A DNA stretch of 64,000 nt, taken from IMG/VR virus record IMGVR_UViG_3300046692_000072, positions 13,722-77,721 of that record; one strand, given 5' to 3'. Positions 1 through 10,462 of this stretch are shown here, piece after piece; within the stretch, counting starts at the first letter, position 1, and the number at the start of each line of letters is the position of its first letter. The translations under genes and the position numbers were made by a program. This DNA is from a virus. The notes beneath the pieces were generated by a model. It made no database searches. It was not told the origin of the DNA and worked only from the letters and a program-made list of their open reading frames with translations.

Positions 1-2463
1 GCTACGAATAGCAGGACGTAGGGAGACAGTCTGTGTCTCATGGATACCGAACTCAGGCATGTTCTTGGCAACAGAATTTGCTACCTGAACAACCATCTTG
101 GCTTCAGCGTAGATCTGTTTGGCAAGAGCAGGAGACTTATAGAAGATGGTCTGACCAGCAGAACCATATTCCATCTCCTTACCCTTAGCATCATAGGAGT
201 GGTTAATAGCATTGACCTTAGCGGACATATGCTTTGCAAACTTCATTAGACGCTGTGCAGCAGCCCGAGCACCTTTACCGTCTCCACGCTTGATAGCTTG
301 AGCGATAGTACCCAGATGATCATTCATCGAAGGGAATGCAGGATCCAAAGAGGTACCAATGATTTCGTTGGCAACCTCTTCAGGGGTCTTGCTTTTAGGA
401 GTAGCTTGAAGCGTTTCAAGATCTTCTTGGAATCGTTGAGTAGCACGGAGCAGTGAGACCTTGTTTTCAAGGGCAGCACGTTGCGCTGGATCCAGAGCTA
501 CAAAACCACGATCTGCTTGATAAAGAACAGAAGCAGCAGTAGTTGCGTTAACACCAGCAGGGTTATAGGCAGCAAGGTCCGCAGTGTCATTCGCCACAGA
601 TTGGGTAACTTCAGCAGGTGACACCTCCCGTGTTTGCTGCATCTGATTAATCGAATCCGTTACGGATCGAAGAACCGGATGGTTATTTAGGAACTGGAGC
701 CCCTTAAGATATGAATCAAGCTCAGCCCTATCAGGATGAGACTCCTCCAACTGATTCAATGCTTCGGGGATATCCTGGTTAAACAACGCATCATTCTTGG
801 TCATCTGATCCAAGACCCAAAGGGCAGAATGCAGACGATCATCCTCAGAGAGGTTTGTATCCGCAGAGCGTTGACCATTCTTGATCATCGCTTCAATGCG
901 GTTATCCGTATCCATGTTGAATGGTTGAGACGCAACCTCTTCAGGTGACATCTTCATGGAATTCTGAATGTTCGCTACATACGCTTGTGCATGTTGAGAA
1001 GCAGCAGGAGTAGCATCAGTAGGGATGTTCCTAGCAAGGTTCTCAGCAACCAGGGGAGCTTTAGTGATAAGCTCATTAGCAGCAGCTTCAACCTTCTCCG
1101 CAGAGACAGGAGATGCTGCCTCATTACGCTTATTCAGGTTATCGTTGGTACGTTCAACGAGGGATGCACCGCCTTGGTAGACAGCTTTTGCAGCACTAGC
1201 AATTGCATGAAGACCTACACCAGGAGCCTGAGTAAGTGCAGTGGAACCAATGACACCAGGAACTGTCTTACCGATATCTTCACCAACACCCTCAAGGACA
1301 TCCTTGTTAGCGTTGGACACATTCTGTTGAACGACATTAGAAATCAGGTCACCAGAAGCGGTTTGAGGAATTTCCTCAACGAGTTCCTTACCAATGTTCT
1401 TGGCAGCAGTCAGAACAGATGCAGGCTTGAAAGGATTGCCTTCAAACTTGGAGACAACCTTACCAGTTACAGCACCAGCAACTGCTTGCAGTGGTGCAGC
1501 AATCTGACCAGCACGGTTCGCCACATAACGCTTTGCATCCTCTGGGGTATCACCAGCAGCAATACGTTCCTTATACAGAGGAGAGTTAACTACCTCTGGA
1601 TCATTCAACACATCTGTGACGGTTTGCTGATAAGACCCACCACCTTCTTGGATCCCGATAGCAGCAGGAACTGCCAGCGCTTCAGGGACACGAGCAGCAG
1701 TCAGGAGCTTGGACGTAGGACCGGCAGCAAGCAAGGAACCAGCAGCATTACCTACGACATCATTCGTGAGGGCAGGAGATGCAAGAGTACGCTCAAGCGC
1801 AGCTCCAGCGTCACGACCTACACGAAGCAAGCCTGCACCACCTGCACTAAGATCCCAAGAATCGTTTTCTTGTTGAGTCTTATTGTCAGTAGCTTCAAGC
1901 TGAGAAGCAATAGCTTCTTCCTGACGTGCTTGGTTCAGAGCATCTGACTGATAGGTCTGGAGAGTCTTGTTAGCCTCATTACCTGCTTCAACGATCTTGG
2001 TAGCATTGGTAGGGCTGAACGGAGAGACGGCAAGACCAAGGAGACCAGAACCGAGACCTACAACACCCTGAGCAGCAGAGTTAGCGAGGTCACCAAGCAG
2101 TTCCGGTTCACCTTGATGCATGTCAGCAACTGTTCTGGAACGGTTCTGAGCACCAATAAGGTTACGTTGTGCCTGTGCAGAACCAGGACCATACTTAGCT
2201 TCCAGCTCATATGGACCCAGTGTATTGGCATCCAGTACGAACTGATCACCCATTGCAGGGGTGTTCTCATTCTTCAGAGCAGTGGCAATCATATCTGATG
2301 CACCACCAAGCAGAGCCTTCTTCCCCTGGCTCACAGCAGAAAGTTCAACTTGTTTAGGTGCAGTAGCGGCAGCGAGAGCTTCTGTTACACGAGCTGTAGT
2401 ATCAGATCGAAGTGCTCTCTGTTGATCCAAGGGAGAAAGGGGACCTTGGGGAAAATCAACCAT
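1..2463 (-). CDS. Virion-encapsidated RNA polymerase (N4 gp50-like), N-terminal part, runs off the window edge
   Basis: ATG at 2463 after a GAGG SD; the frame reads MVDFPQGPLSPLDQQRALRSD... and appears open to the window edge (not in the ORF track because it has no stop in the window); Ala-rich; N4 synteny after the gp51-like gene. Confidence 0.85.
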   Translation of the reverse strand, partial: MVDFPQGPLSPLDQQRALRSDTTARVTEALAAATAPKQVELSAVSQGKKALLGGASDMIATALKNENTPAMGDQFVLDANTLGPYELEAKYGPGSAQAQRNLIGAQNRSRTVADMHQGEPELLGDLANSAAQGVVGLGSGLLGLAVSPFSPTNATKIVEAGNEANKTLQTYQSDALNQARQEEAIASQLEATDNKTQQENDSWDLSAGGAGLLRVGRDAGAALERTLASPALTNDVVGNAAGSLLAAGPTSKLLTAARVPEALAVPAAIGIQEGGGSYQQTVTDVLNDPEVVNSPLYKERIAAGDTPEDAKRYVANRAGQIAAPLQAVAGAVTGKVVSKFEGNPFKPASVLTAAKNIGKELVEEIPQTASGDLISNVVQQNVSNANKDVLEGVGEDIGKTVPGVIGSTALTQAPGVGLHAIASAAKAVYQGGASLVERTNDNLNKRNEAASPVSAEKVEAAANELITKAPLVAENLARNIPTDATPAASQHAQAYVANIQNSMKMSPEEVASQPFNMDTDNRIEAMIKNGQRSADTNLSEDDRLHSALWVLDQMTKNDALFNQDIPEALNQLEESHPDRAELDSYLKGLQFLNNHPVLRSVTDSINQMQQTREVSPAEVTQSVANDTADLAAYNPAGVNATTAASVLYQADRGFVALDPAQRAALENKVSLLRATQRFQEDLETLQATPKSKTPEEVANEIIGTSLDPAFPSMNDHLGTIAQAIKRGDGKGARAAAQRLMKFAKHMSAKVNAINHSYDAKGKEMEYGSAGQTIFYKSPALAKQIYAEAKMVVQVANSVAKNMPEFGIHETQTVSLRPAIRS

Positions 2464-2476
2464 CTAAATGAGCCTC

Positions 2477-2502
2477 AAAAGAAAGGGGAACCGAAGTTCC
2501 CC
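2477..2502 (-). terminator. Intrinsic terminator between the gp51-like gene and vRNAP
   Basis: Minus strand GGGGAAC-TTCG-GTTCCCC-TTTCTTTT. Confidence 0.8.
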
Positions 2503-2528
2503 AATCAATACCAGACTATCTCAGATGG

Positions 2529-4703
2529 TCAATAGACACCTAGTCGTCTCTTATTCTCAAGAGCAGGGTTATTGATCTCATTAGCAATAGCATCTTGCAA
2601 CAGTTGCTGTGCATTTGGTTGGTTTACAGTACCTTGACGAGGACCTTGTTGTGGTCTCGGAGGAGGTACAGCAAGTCCAGGCTGTGCAGGTTCACCACGG
2701 TTTTGCCGAACAACACCACCAATAGATAAGAATTTCTTACGATCCTCATCATACTGCTTTTTAGCAGCTTCATAGAATCGTTGAGACATATTAAGGACTC
2801 GTTCAGATTCCTTGGTTCCACGAATAGCTTGCTGTCCAGTATCCTTGTTAAGCTGTGCCTGTGCTTTCTTGAGTTGTTCCCAAGAAGCATTGAAGTTATC
2901 CCGTTGACGATCTGATTCATTCAGATTGGAAATATCATTCAGCAATTTATCAGTAGGCTTACCTGTAACAGGGTCCAGAGCCATACCTTTAAGACGATCC
3001 AATTTTTCTGGATTGTATGAAAGATCTGCTCGATTATACACCCAGCTTTTAAGCCAATCTCTGATTGGTTGGTTACCTCGAAGAGAATTAGCAATCATAC
3101 CTCCTGCAATAGCAGGAGATACTTTAGCTTCTGCGCCAACACGCTCAATGACAGATGCCATATCATTAATATCAACATTGGTTCCCGCAAAGCGAGGATT
3201 CTTCATAACCTGTTGGGCAACAGTACCTGCATCAGCATCTGACTTAAGATTCTTAGTAAAGTCATTAATAATAGCAACATCAGGATTAGAGTTACGATCC
3301 AGATCATACTGACGAATGTATGCTTGATGTTGGAGATCTTCGCGTTCCAATCCTCGACCTGCATCAGTGCTCTTATTCAAAGCTGCGGTTATAGCAGCTT
3401 CAAATTTAGCAGCACCTTCAGGTGTGGACGTTTGTTCGGCAACAGACTTTGCTCCTTCAGGGGTAGCAGTCATGCTGGCAATAATATTGGACTTCTGAAC
3501 AGCAGCGTTATCAGGAGGAATGATTGTACCATCAGCAGCAACTACTGGACGATTTGGATCTCCTGATTCAAACAGACCGGATTTATCCGCAGCTTCAACG
3601 GTCTTGAGTGCTTCAATACGTTGATCAATAGGGAGATCGGTAGGAATAGCAGCAACGGCAGATGCTTTATCCAAAGCAGATTGGATAGCATCTGTACCAA
3701 TGGATCGACCAGCATCCCTAAGATCTGCCTGACGAACATCCTCCTGTTCTTTACGATCTCCTTCACGAAACTTCTGACCCTGCACCGCAGCTTCAAAGTT
3801 ACCTTTCTGAACATCCAGACCATTGGTCATGGTGAGGGTGCGCTGAAGACGCTGATTGTTAATCAGTGCAGCGTTAGCAGCTTCTGGATCAGTAGCAGCA
3901 AGAGCCCGAATAGAATTGATATCCGTGAAGCCCTCAGGGAAGATCTGAGCACCACCATCCGTACCTTTGACAGCAGCACCTCGGAGAGGTCCAGCAACAG
4001 GACGCAAGGGACCACCGCCACCTACAGGAGCTCCATAGCTAGACGTAGCTTGAGCCAAGAGGGAAGTAGCACCTGGGGTCACTGGATCTACAGGTACATC
4101 CTCAGACATTACCTGAGACGTTTCATCACCACGGACAGGTCCGCCTGCTGGCATAGGACGAAAGTCCTCGACCGTTGGCACCGCTTGGGCAGCAGGTTGA
4201 GCAACAGGGACAACAGTTGGTGCAGTTGGAAGAGGTTGTGCTTTGCCCTTGAGGGGAACAGCAACTGGGACATTGGTAGCAACACCTGGGACAATTTGAC
4301 CATCAGCAGTAAGGTATTCCGAACCCACACCGCCAGCAACAGGGATAGTGTCAGACGCAGCAGCAGCGCCACCCTTGCCACCTTTACCCTTACCCGTTTG
4401 GGCTAGGCGAGCATATCCAAGAGCATTAGCTTGATTCTGCTTCTGTACACCGAGAGCGAAGTTAAATGCTTCTGGATCCAGAAAGGCAGGATCTACACCT
4501 TGGACTTGATCCAAAGGAGTTCCATTCAGGATCTGACCCATGAACTGAGACGAGTTCTCACGAGTCTTCTGGTCACCATAAGCAGCAACACTCTTACGCA
4601 TGATATCAGCAGCGTTAGAGATGCTCTCACCTACGAGAGCCTGTGCCTGATTAACAGAGCTGAAGTTGGGAGCAGATACCTCCCTCCAAGTAAGTGGAGC
4701 CAT
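2529..4703 (-). CDS. Internal virion/ejection protein (N4 gp51-like position)
   Basis: 724 aa; N-terminus MAPLTWREVSAPNFS typical of N4-like proteins at this position; synteny. Confidence 0.7.
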   Translation of the reverse strand: MAPLTWREVSAPNFSSVNQAQALVGESISNAADIMRKSVAAYGDQKTRENSSQFMGQILNGTPLDQVQGVDPAFLDPEAFNFALGVQKQNQANALGYARLAQTGKGKGGKGGAAAASDTIPVAGGVGSEYLTADGQIVPGVATNVPVAVPLKGKAQPLPTAPTVVPVAQPAAQAVPTVEDFRPMPAGGPVRGDETSQVMSEDVPVDPVTPGATSLLAQATSSYGAPVGGGGPLRPVAGPLRGAAVKGTDGGAQIFPEGFTDINSIRALAATDPEAANAALINNQRLQRTLTMTNGLDVQKGNFEAAVQGQKFREGDRKEQEDVRQADLRDAGRSIGTDAIQSALDKASAVAAIPTDLPIDQRIEALKTVEAADKSGLFESGDPNRPVVAADGTIIPPDNAAVQKSNIIASMTATPEGAKSVAEQTSTPEGAAKFEAAITAALNKSTDAGRGLEREDLQHQAYIRQYDLDRNSNPDVAIINDFTKNLKSDADAGTVAQQVMKNPRFAGTNVDINDMASVIERVGAEAKVSPAIAGGMIANSLRGNQPIRDWLKSWVYNRADLSYNPEKLDRLKGMALDPVTGKPTDKLLNDISNLNESDRQRDNFNASWEQLKKAQAQLNKDTGQQAIRGTKESERVLNMSQRFYEAAKKQYDEDRKKFLSIGGVVRQNRGEPAQPGLAVPPPRPQQGPRQGTVNQPNAQQLLQDAIANEINNPALENKRRLGVY

Positions 4704-4704
4704 G

Positions 4705-5181
4705 TTAACCTACCTTCTTCTGCTGAAGAGAATTCGTATTAACATACGAATCAATCTGGTCTTGGGACTGACCTTCAGTGAAACCACGAGCACGGGCACG
4801 ATCAGAGAGAGCTGTATTGTAGCTGCTGATCTGGTTCGCAAGGTTCCTATTGGCGAAGTCCTTGGTGAAGGAGAACTGTTGCTTGGCAAGCTTCTGAGCC
4901 TGAAAGGCATTCCAGAGATTACCAATGGTACCAAGAGCACCAGAAACAACATTCAGTCCATTAAGACCACCACCACCTCCCATACCAAATAGACCTCCAC
5001 CGGAGGCAGCGGCAGGAGAACCAAAGTTAGCAGGAAGGGCACTACTGAAGTCCATTCCAGTATAGCCTGTAGCACCAGGGCCTAGATCAAAGCCACCCTG
5101 TGCCTGTGTGTTTTGAATAGCGGAATTCACAATTCCACCGTTGGTAAAACCAGCAAGATCAAAAGCAGATGGAAGTGCCAT
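4705..5181 (-). CDS. Small virion protein (N4 gp52-like)
   Basis: 158 aa, Gly-rich, C-terminal NLANQISSYNTALSDRARAR motif; synteny. Confidence 0.75.
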   Translation of the reverse strand: MALPSAFDLAGFTNGGIVNSAIQNTQAQGGFDLGPGATGYTGMDFSSALPANFGSPAAASGGGLFGMGGGGGLNGLNVVSGALGTIGNLWNAFQAQKLAKQQFSFTKDFANRNLANQISSYNTALSDRARARGFTEGQSQDQIDSYVNTNSLQQKKVG

Positions 5182-7646
5182 TATCCTAAGTATCCCGGTA
5201 GTTTGAGTGTCAGATCAGAGAAATCAGTCAAGAGTGATTGACTCAAATCAGCGATATCACTGCCGGTCAAAAGTGTTCTTGTCAGGAATGTATCCCGAGT
5301 TTCAGGATACATATACCTTGTATTATCAACTAAGTTAAGCGGGTTTATATTGGGGTTAGCATACCCAATCATCTTGTCATAGAGAGAGTCAATCTCTGTA
5401 CTTTGTTCCTTATAGGAACTCTGGATATCGTTAGCATCCTGATACATGGATTGAGCATTCGCTTGAACCATGGAGGAGTAACCATCAGCAAGAGCATTGG
5501 TGATCTTCAACAGGTTCCCTGGTTTGAATAGTTCCATCCAGTTAATGGGGGAACCAGTAGAGAAGGATCCTGCCACAGCACCTATTGCAAATCCGACAAG
5601 GACACCGAGGAGTTGCCCGAGAATGCCAAGCTTTTGCATGATGGGCTGAAGGACTGTTGAAAGAGCAATAGCAGCAAGAGCGTTAACGATGCTGCCAATA
5701 ATACCCGCTGTGAGCCCAGTGAAACCAAGTGCAGTACCAACAACGAGGTTGCTACCGAGCAAACCAATGCCAGCACCCCCAGTGAACAATGCAGCGACAA
5801 TAGCAAAAACCACCACCAGTAGGATCTTAAAGATCCCTTTTTGATACCACTTGATCTTTACGACCTTGTAGCAGTTGAGGACCATGAACGTGCAAGCCGT
5901 GGACATTTGAGTTCCATCGACAATGCCCATATCTCTAAATGTGTTGAAGTGGAGAGGCACAATGAACCCAGATTCATCAGGATCATCCAGAGCTTCTCCA
6001 GAAGTGGTCTCAGTGTATTTCCCATTGTAGACAAAGTTCCTATGCATGGCACCAACAACCCGTACCCCAATCCATGAGGTACTGGTTCTCTGCCAGATAA
6101 TATCAAAGGTATTTACAGGGCTTGGATCATCATAACGGGGGTCATTGTATTCAACGGTACCTTGATTAACCAAGGTGACCTGTCCCTTTTTGAGTCCAGA
6201 ATACAACCCAATTCCGGACAGTTCTTCGATGTAGTTCCAAAGGACTGTGACTGAGTATTCAGTGTTAACAGAACCATTATTACTAACAGTAACAGAATTA
6301 AGGAGCATAACAGGACGAGGGACGGGAGTAGGTGCTGCACCACCCATACCATCAAACTGACGCCAGATTTCAAGATCGTGTACATAGTCTCGATAAAGCT
6401 CCAGAGCAGGACCATACGCTTCATAGGCAGCTTTGCCGTATGTCTGATTATTCAACAGGTTCAGGAAGAAGTGGTAGAGGTACTTCTTGCATTTGATTTC
6501 TTTGACGTTGAGGCTAACTCCGAAGACAACATTAGCAAAATCGATGTCTGAGAGCTTCTCGTTGTCAGCAAGTTTATCAATGCACTCATCATACTTCTGA
6601 CCGTTAAAAGCTTTCTTGTAAGCCTTTTTAGCAAGCTCATAAGCAGTACCATTTACATCACTGAGCCATTGATTATTAACCCGCATGGGTATGATGGGAA
6701 AGAATTGACCATCGAGCTCAGACGACACATCGTCCAGAGCATCCAATGCAGCATTACCACCGGAGTTCATCTTATAGAGGTAGACACTTCTATCACTGGA
6801 GACAGGAGACGTTACGTCATAGTAATCGATCCGCCATGTATAGTCAGTCTCATAGATCCCACCACCCAGGTCATTAACGACCTGATCCCAATACATCGTA
6901 TTGTACCGGAGAACCTGAAATTCCGTGGATCCTACGAAGAAGTTTGGTTGGTCTTCTTCGCTTTTGAAGACCGCGTGTCTTTCGTATCCACCTGTGACAG
7001 GGGTCTCAGTATCAGATACGGTACGCCATCCTGAAAGGCTAGGCCAATCATCTGGACTGCTGATGCTGGTAGGAGTTCCCGTAGTCGTTCCGCTCGTGCT
7101 ATCGGCAATCGATGTGCCGTAGAGTACATAGAGATAGCGCGCTGAAGCGTCAAAACCTGAAGCTGTGAAGCTAGTCGTCGTGGTGTCTTCGAAGTGAATA
7201 GTGATCGTTGTGCCAACAATGTCCGCCGTCCAGTCGGTATCAATGAGACTCTCATAGGACTGGTACATGCGTTGGAATGCCCAATCCATGTAGTCAGCAC
7301 GATGAATGTCTATGGTTTCTAGAATGATTTCCTGACCACTGGTTCCAGGAATATTCGCTCTAACCACTGCCTCATTGATATCCCCGGTACCATTAATGGA
7401 ACCAGAGGGAAGACCAATATAGGCATAGTTATCTTGAGCCCAGCGGTAAAAGGCCCGGAGAGACATCCCCGGACCATTGAGATACGATTGGTTAATCGTC
7501 TGACCTAGATAGGTCTTCGTGTTCCCCGTCATGATAGAATTCAATGTAGTAGCTTGCAGGTAGTTGACGCGCTCATCCTCGTCACCTGCCATGTTATATA
7601 CTACGCTATCTACATACGTCTTCTTAGACGAAGAGAAGAGACCCAT
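5181..7646 (-). CDS. N4 gp53-like protein with C-terminal hydrophobic segments
   Basis: 821 aa; MGLFSSSKKTYVDSVVYNMAG start, KWYQKGIF followed by a hydrophobic Gly-rich region; synteny. Confidence 0.75.
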   Translation of the reverse strand: MGLFSSSKKTYVDSVVYNMAGDEDERVNYLQATTLNSIMTGNTKTYLGQTINQSYLNGPGMSLRAFYRWAQDNYAYIGLPSGSINGTGDINEAVVRANIPGTSGQEIILETIDIHRADYMDWAFQRMYQSYESLIDTDWTADIVGTTITIHFEDTTTTSFTASGFDASARYLYVLYGTSIADSTSGTTTGTPTSISSPDDWPSLSGWRTVSDTETPVTGGYERHAVFKSEEDQPNFFVGSTEFQVLRYNTMYWDQVVNDLGGGIYETDYTWRIDYYDVTSPVSSDRSVYLYKMNSGGNAALDALDDVSSELDGQFFPIIPMRVNNQWLSDVNGTAYELAKKAYKKAFNGQKYDECIDKLADNEKLSDIDFANVVFGVSLNVKEIKCKKYLYHFFLNLLNNQTYGKAAYEAYGPALELYRDYVHDLEIWRQFDGMGGAAPTPVPRPVMLLNSVTVSNNGSVNTEYSVTVLWNYIEELSGIGLYSGLKKGQVTLVNQGTVEYNDPRYDDPSPVNTFDIIWQRTSTSWIGVRVVGAMHRNFVYNGKYTETTSGEALDDPDESGFIVPLHFNTFRDMGIVDGTQMSTACTFMVLNCYKVVKIKWYQKGIFKILLVVVFAIVAALFTGGAGIGLLGSNLVVGTALGFTGLTAGIIGSIVNALAAIALSTVLQPIMQKLGILGQLLGVLVGFAIGAVAGSFSTGSPINWMELFKPGNLLKITNALADGYSSMVQANAQSMYQDANDIQSSYKEQSTEIDSLYDKMIGYANPNINPLNLVDNTRYMYPETRDTFLTRTLLTGSDIADLSQSLLTDFSDLTLKLPGYLG

Positions 7647-8491
7647 TAGCCCAGACCATTATTGGTTTTGAGAGTGTTCAGAACCTCATCGAGAGAAGCA
7701 TTGGTAAAGCCCGTAGGAGCTACCAGACCCTCGTCAATCGTCTTCTGCGTGATCCAGGCATCAGCAAAGATCTTGCCTGCCTTGACTTCAGCATCTCGTT
7801 TGTAAGAGACAATCTGCTGTGCAATCAGATCCTTCTGAGATCCGATGTTACCACGTACAGATGCACCATCCCTACGAGTGTCGAGAGTCTGTGCACGAGC
7901 TTGCTCAACCTGCTCATCAATGAGAGTACCCTGCTTAACAAGGTTAACTTGCTGAGCCAAGGCATTGCCATAAGTAGCATCTTCAGTGGCGAGCTTGAGC
8001 TTGGTAAGGGAGTAATTAGCTTCCGCGGTATAGGCTTCATACTGAGCCAAATAGGCTTGGAGCTTAGCTGTGAGGAGCTGCACACGAGCAGTAACCAGAG
8101 CGACAGCAGCAGCTTGAGCCTGTGCCCTAGCTAGTACTGCTTGCCAGTAGATCTGATCCTTTTGGAGTACGAACTGTACCCCATTCGCCATACATTGCTC
8201 AATCATAGCAATATATGCTTTGGTGTAATCCTGACCGGTAATCCTGCTAGCATCATACTCTGCACGAAGATGAGCCTTCGTTGCAGTCATGAGCTTGTCG
8301 AAAACACCAGTACCCCCAACCACAGTATCCGTAAGGAGAGCCACGGTGATGGGAGTTACAACGGCATCCCCGGAAGCATCGGGAAGCTCATACACTGGAT
8401 CTGAGAAATCAATGTCTTGGAGAGTGAAATCCTTACCAACGGTAAGGGAAACCTCCAGAGCATTCGCCAATACTTCCGAGTTAAATGCCAT
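7646..8491 (-). CDS. Virion structural protein (N4 gp54-like)
   Basis: GTGVFDKLM...RITGQDYTKAY motif; likely start MAFNSEV at 8491. Confidence 0.75.
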   Translation of the reverse strand: MAFNSEVLANALEVSLTVGKDFTLQDIDFSDPVYELPDASGDAVVTPITVALLTDTVVGGTGVFDKLMTATKAHLRAEYDASRITGQDYTKAYIAMIEQCMANGVQFVLQKDQIYWQAVLARAQAQAAAVALVTARVQLLTAKLQAYLAQYEAYTAEANYSLTKLKLATEDATYGNALAQQVNLVKQGTLIDEQVEQARAQTLDTRRDGASVRGNIGSQKDLIAQQIVSYKRDAEVKAGKIFADAWITQKTIDEGLVAPTGFTNASLDEVLNTLKTNNGLG

Positions 8492-8492
8492 A

Positions 8493-9134
8493 TTAGTCAA
8501 TGCCTCCAGCAGCAGCTTGATTAGCAGCAAGCTTTGCAAGCTCACCAGTAGTCAGAGGAGGAAGGACATCGATAGAGAATTCCTTCACCCAACGCTGTTG
8601 GACAATCTCTTGACCCTTTGAATTCTTGGTAACTTTTACGTCCAAGAACTTACGCTTAACCAGAGCCTTATAGAGAATATAAGGAATGTGGTAACCACCA
8701 TCCGTTACCTCACCAAAGGGAACGAACTTACGGACCACGCCCATAACATCATTACCAACTGCCAGGATCTCACCATGAAGACTCTTCTTCTTTGGATCCA
8801 TGTTGGTGATACGAACACGAATCAGCTTCATGTTCTCAGCAAGCATCTCCTTGCGGATCTCATCAATGGTCTTGGGCTTGTCAGATGCCTTCACATTGGA
8901 AGTGAGTTCAGGAGATACAGGAGATTTAGTCTCTTCTTCTTCTTCACCTGCCAACTTAGCAGCGATCTTATCCTTAAGAACCTGAGGATCCTTGAGGTTA
9001 GGGGAGAAGGTAATACCCATGAGTTTGGCACGAGCCTTGAGCATATCAAGCTCATTGACCTCAGTGACTACGGATTCTGGGGCTTCTTTGCCTTCTTCTC
9101 CCGTAGCATTCTCTGGAGTGAGTTCTGGGGGCAT
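8493..9134 (-). CDS. N4 gp55-like protein
   Basis: LKARAKLMGITFSPN and LIRVRITNMDPKK motifs; lies immediately after the MCP. Confidence 0.75.
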   Translation of the reverse strand: MPPELTPENATGEEGKEAPESVVTEVNELDMLKARAKLMGITFSPNLKDPQVLKDKIAAKLAGEEEEETKSPVSPELTSNVKASDKPKTIDEIRKEMLAENMKLIRVRITNMDPKKKSLHGEILAVGNDVMGVVRKFVPFGEVTDGGYHIPYILYKALVKRKFLDVKVTKNSKGQEIVQQRWVKEFSIDVLPPLTTGELAKLAANQAAAGGID

Positions 9135-9157
9135 ATTAATGTTCCTTGAGTACCTAT

Positions 9158-9183
9158 GAAATAGGGGAGCACTAGGCTCCCCT
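9158..9183 (-). terminator. Terminator after the major capsid gene
   Basis: Minus strand AGGGGAGC-CTAGT-GCTCCCCT-ATTT. Confidence 0.65.
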
Positions 9184-9215
9184 TGGTTCAGTGCGATAGC
9201 AACCTATCTGATTGA

Positions 9216-10424
9216 TCAGATTGGTGCAACAGTCTTGATCAGACCGAGACGTTCAGGACGCTTAACAAGCAGACCGTAGTACCACTTGATCGAGCTGAAG
9301 CCAGTCTCACCGTAAGGATCGTTACGGTCAGCAGTGGCATTACCTGGCATCTTGGTGAGAACGGAGAACTTAACCGTCTTACCATCCGTCTGGAAGCCAA
9401 TGGTAACGAACGAATCATCACCAATAACCAGCATCGGGAACACGTCGAAGTGTGCCGTACCGCCAACTACCGTAGTACGGTAACCGTTGTCCGAGGTGAC
9501 AACAGCAGCACCAGCACCTTCCCAAGACAGCATTTCCGGGACCACGATGAGACGGAACTCATCGACCGAACCGATTTCGCCGTTCATGATCGTACCGGCA
9601 TCGCCATACTGTTGAACAGGAACGAATGCTGGGTTGTTGAACAGATCGACCATCTGACGAACAACCGGGATCAGCTCGGAACCAATGAACATGACACGAC
9701 CAGCAGAGATGGTTTTCGTGTCGATATTACGGGAACCAGTGATGATCTTGGTCTGCTTCGGAGTACGGTTGTCCGTGAGGGTCTGGCTCAGACGCATGAG
9801 CAGACGATACGAAACAACATCTGGAGTCGTCTCACCCGAGAGCTCATCCGTGTCAGTTGCCTGACCAGAATAAAGCAGAACACCACCTTCAGCAGCAGCA
9901 AGCAGATCCTTCTGGAGGACAGCTTCCGTAAGCTGAACGGCACCGTTCATCAGTTCACGAGACAGGTGATCCATGAGACCATCGTCCGAATCGAAGTCCA
10001 GAGATTCCTGAGTAAATTCAGTGAAGAAACCGAACTTCAGGATCGAACCTTCGCGGTCGATACGAGTGAAACCAACGCGGTTCACACGACCACCGTTTTC
10101 AGTCAGAAGCGGGAGCTTCGTAGAGATCGTACCAACGTCCTTGCTCGAACCATAAAGGTTACCAGCAGAGATGGTTACACCGTTAGCATCGATACCCTGG
10201 TCATTGATGTTACGGTCATCGAGCAGAGGAACGTATTCATAGACCTTGATGGTCTTACCGAAGTTCTTCGGCATACCAATCGTGGACGACAGAGGCATGA
10301 AGTACTGGTCTTTGCGCGACTGAATAATAGCGCTCTTGAGCCAGAAGAAGGTACGCATCTGATCGGACGAAGCACCGTCAATAGACGACTTCTGACCATC
10401 AATAGGAGCGTTATAATTAAGCAT
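9216..10424 (-). CDS. Major capsid protein (N4 gp56 family)
   Basis: 402 aa; [28 protein letters not shown] and [16 protein letters not shown] motifs. Confidence 0.95.
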   Translation of the reverse strand: MLNYNAPIDGQKSSIDGASSDQMRTFFWLKSAIIQSRKDQYFMPLSSTIGMPKNFGKTIKVYEYVPLLDDRNINDQGIDANGVTISAGNLYGSSKDVGTISTKLPLLTENGGRVNRVGFTRIDREGSILKFGFFTEFTQESLDFDSDDGLMDHLSRELMNGAVQLTEAVLQKDLLAAAEGGVLLYSGQATDTDELSGETTPDVVSYRLLMRLSQTLTDNRTPKQTKIITGSRNIDTKTISAGRVMFIGSELIPVVRQMVDLFNNPAFVPVQQYGDAGTIMNGEIGSVDEFRLIVVPEMLSWEGAGAAVVTSDNGYRTTVVGGTAHFDVFPMLVIGDDSFVTIGFQTDGKTVKFSVLTKMPGNATADRNDPYGETGFSSIKWYYGLLVKRPERLGLIKTVAPI

Positions 10425-10462
10425 CTTGGACTATCCTAACCTATATTGGCAGGTCGTTTTCC

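Noticed and set aside
985-1947. 320-aa + strand ORF
   Set aside because: Antisense shadow of the vRNAP gene; Ser/Cys-rich and not protein-like
9450-10439. 329-aa + strand ORF
   Set aside because: Antisense to the major capsid gene; a codon-bias artefact
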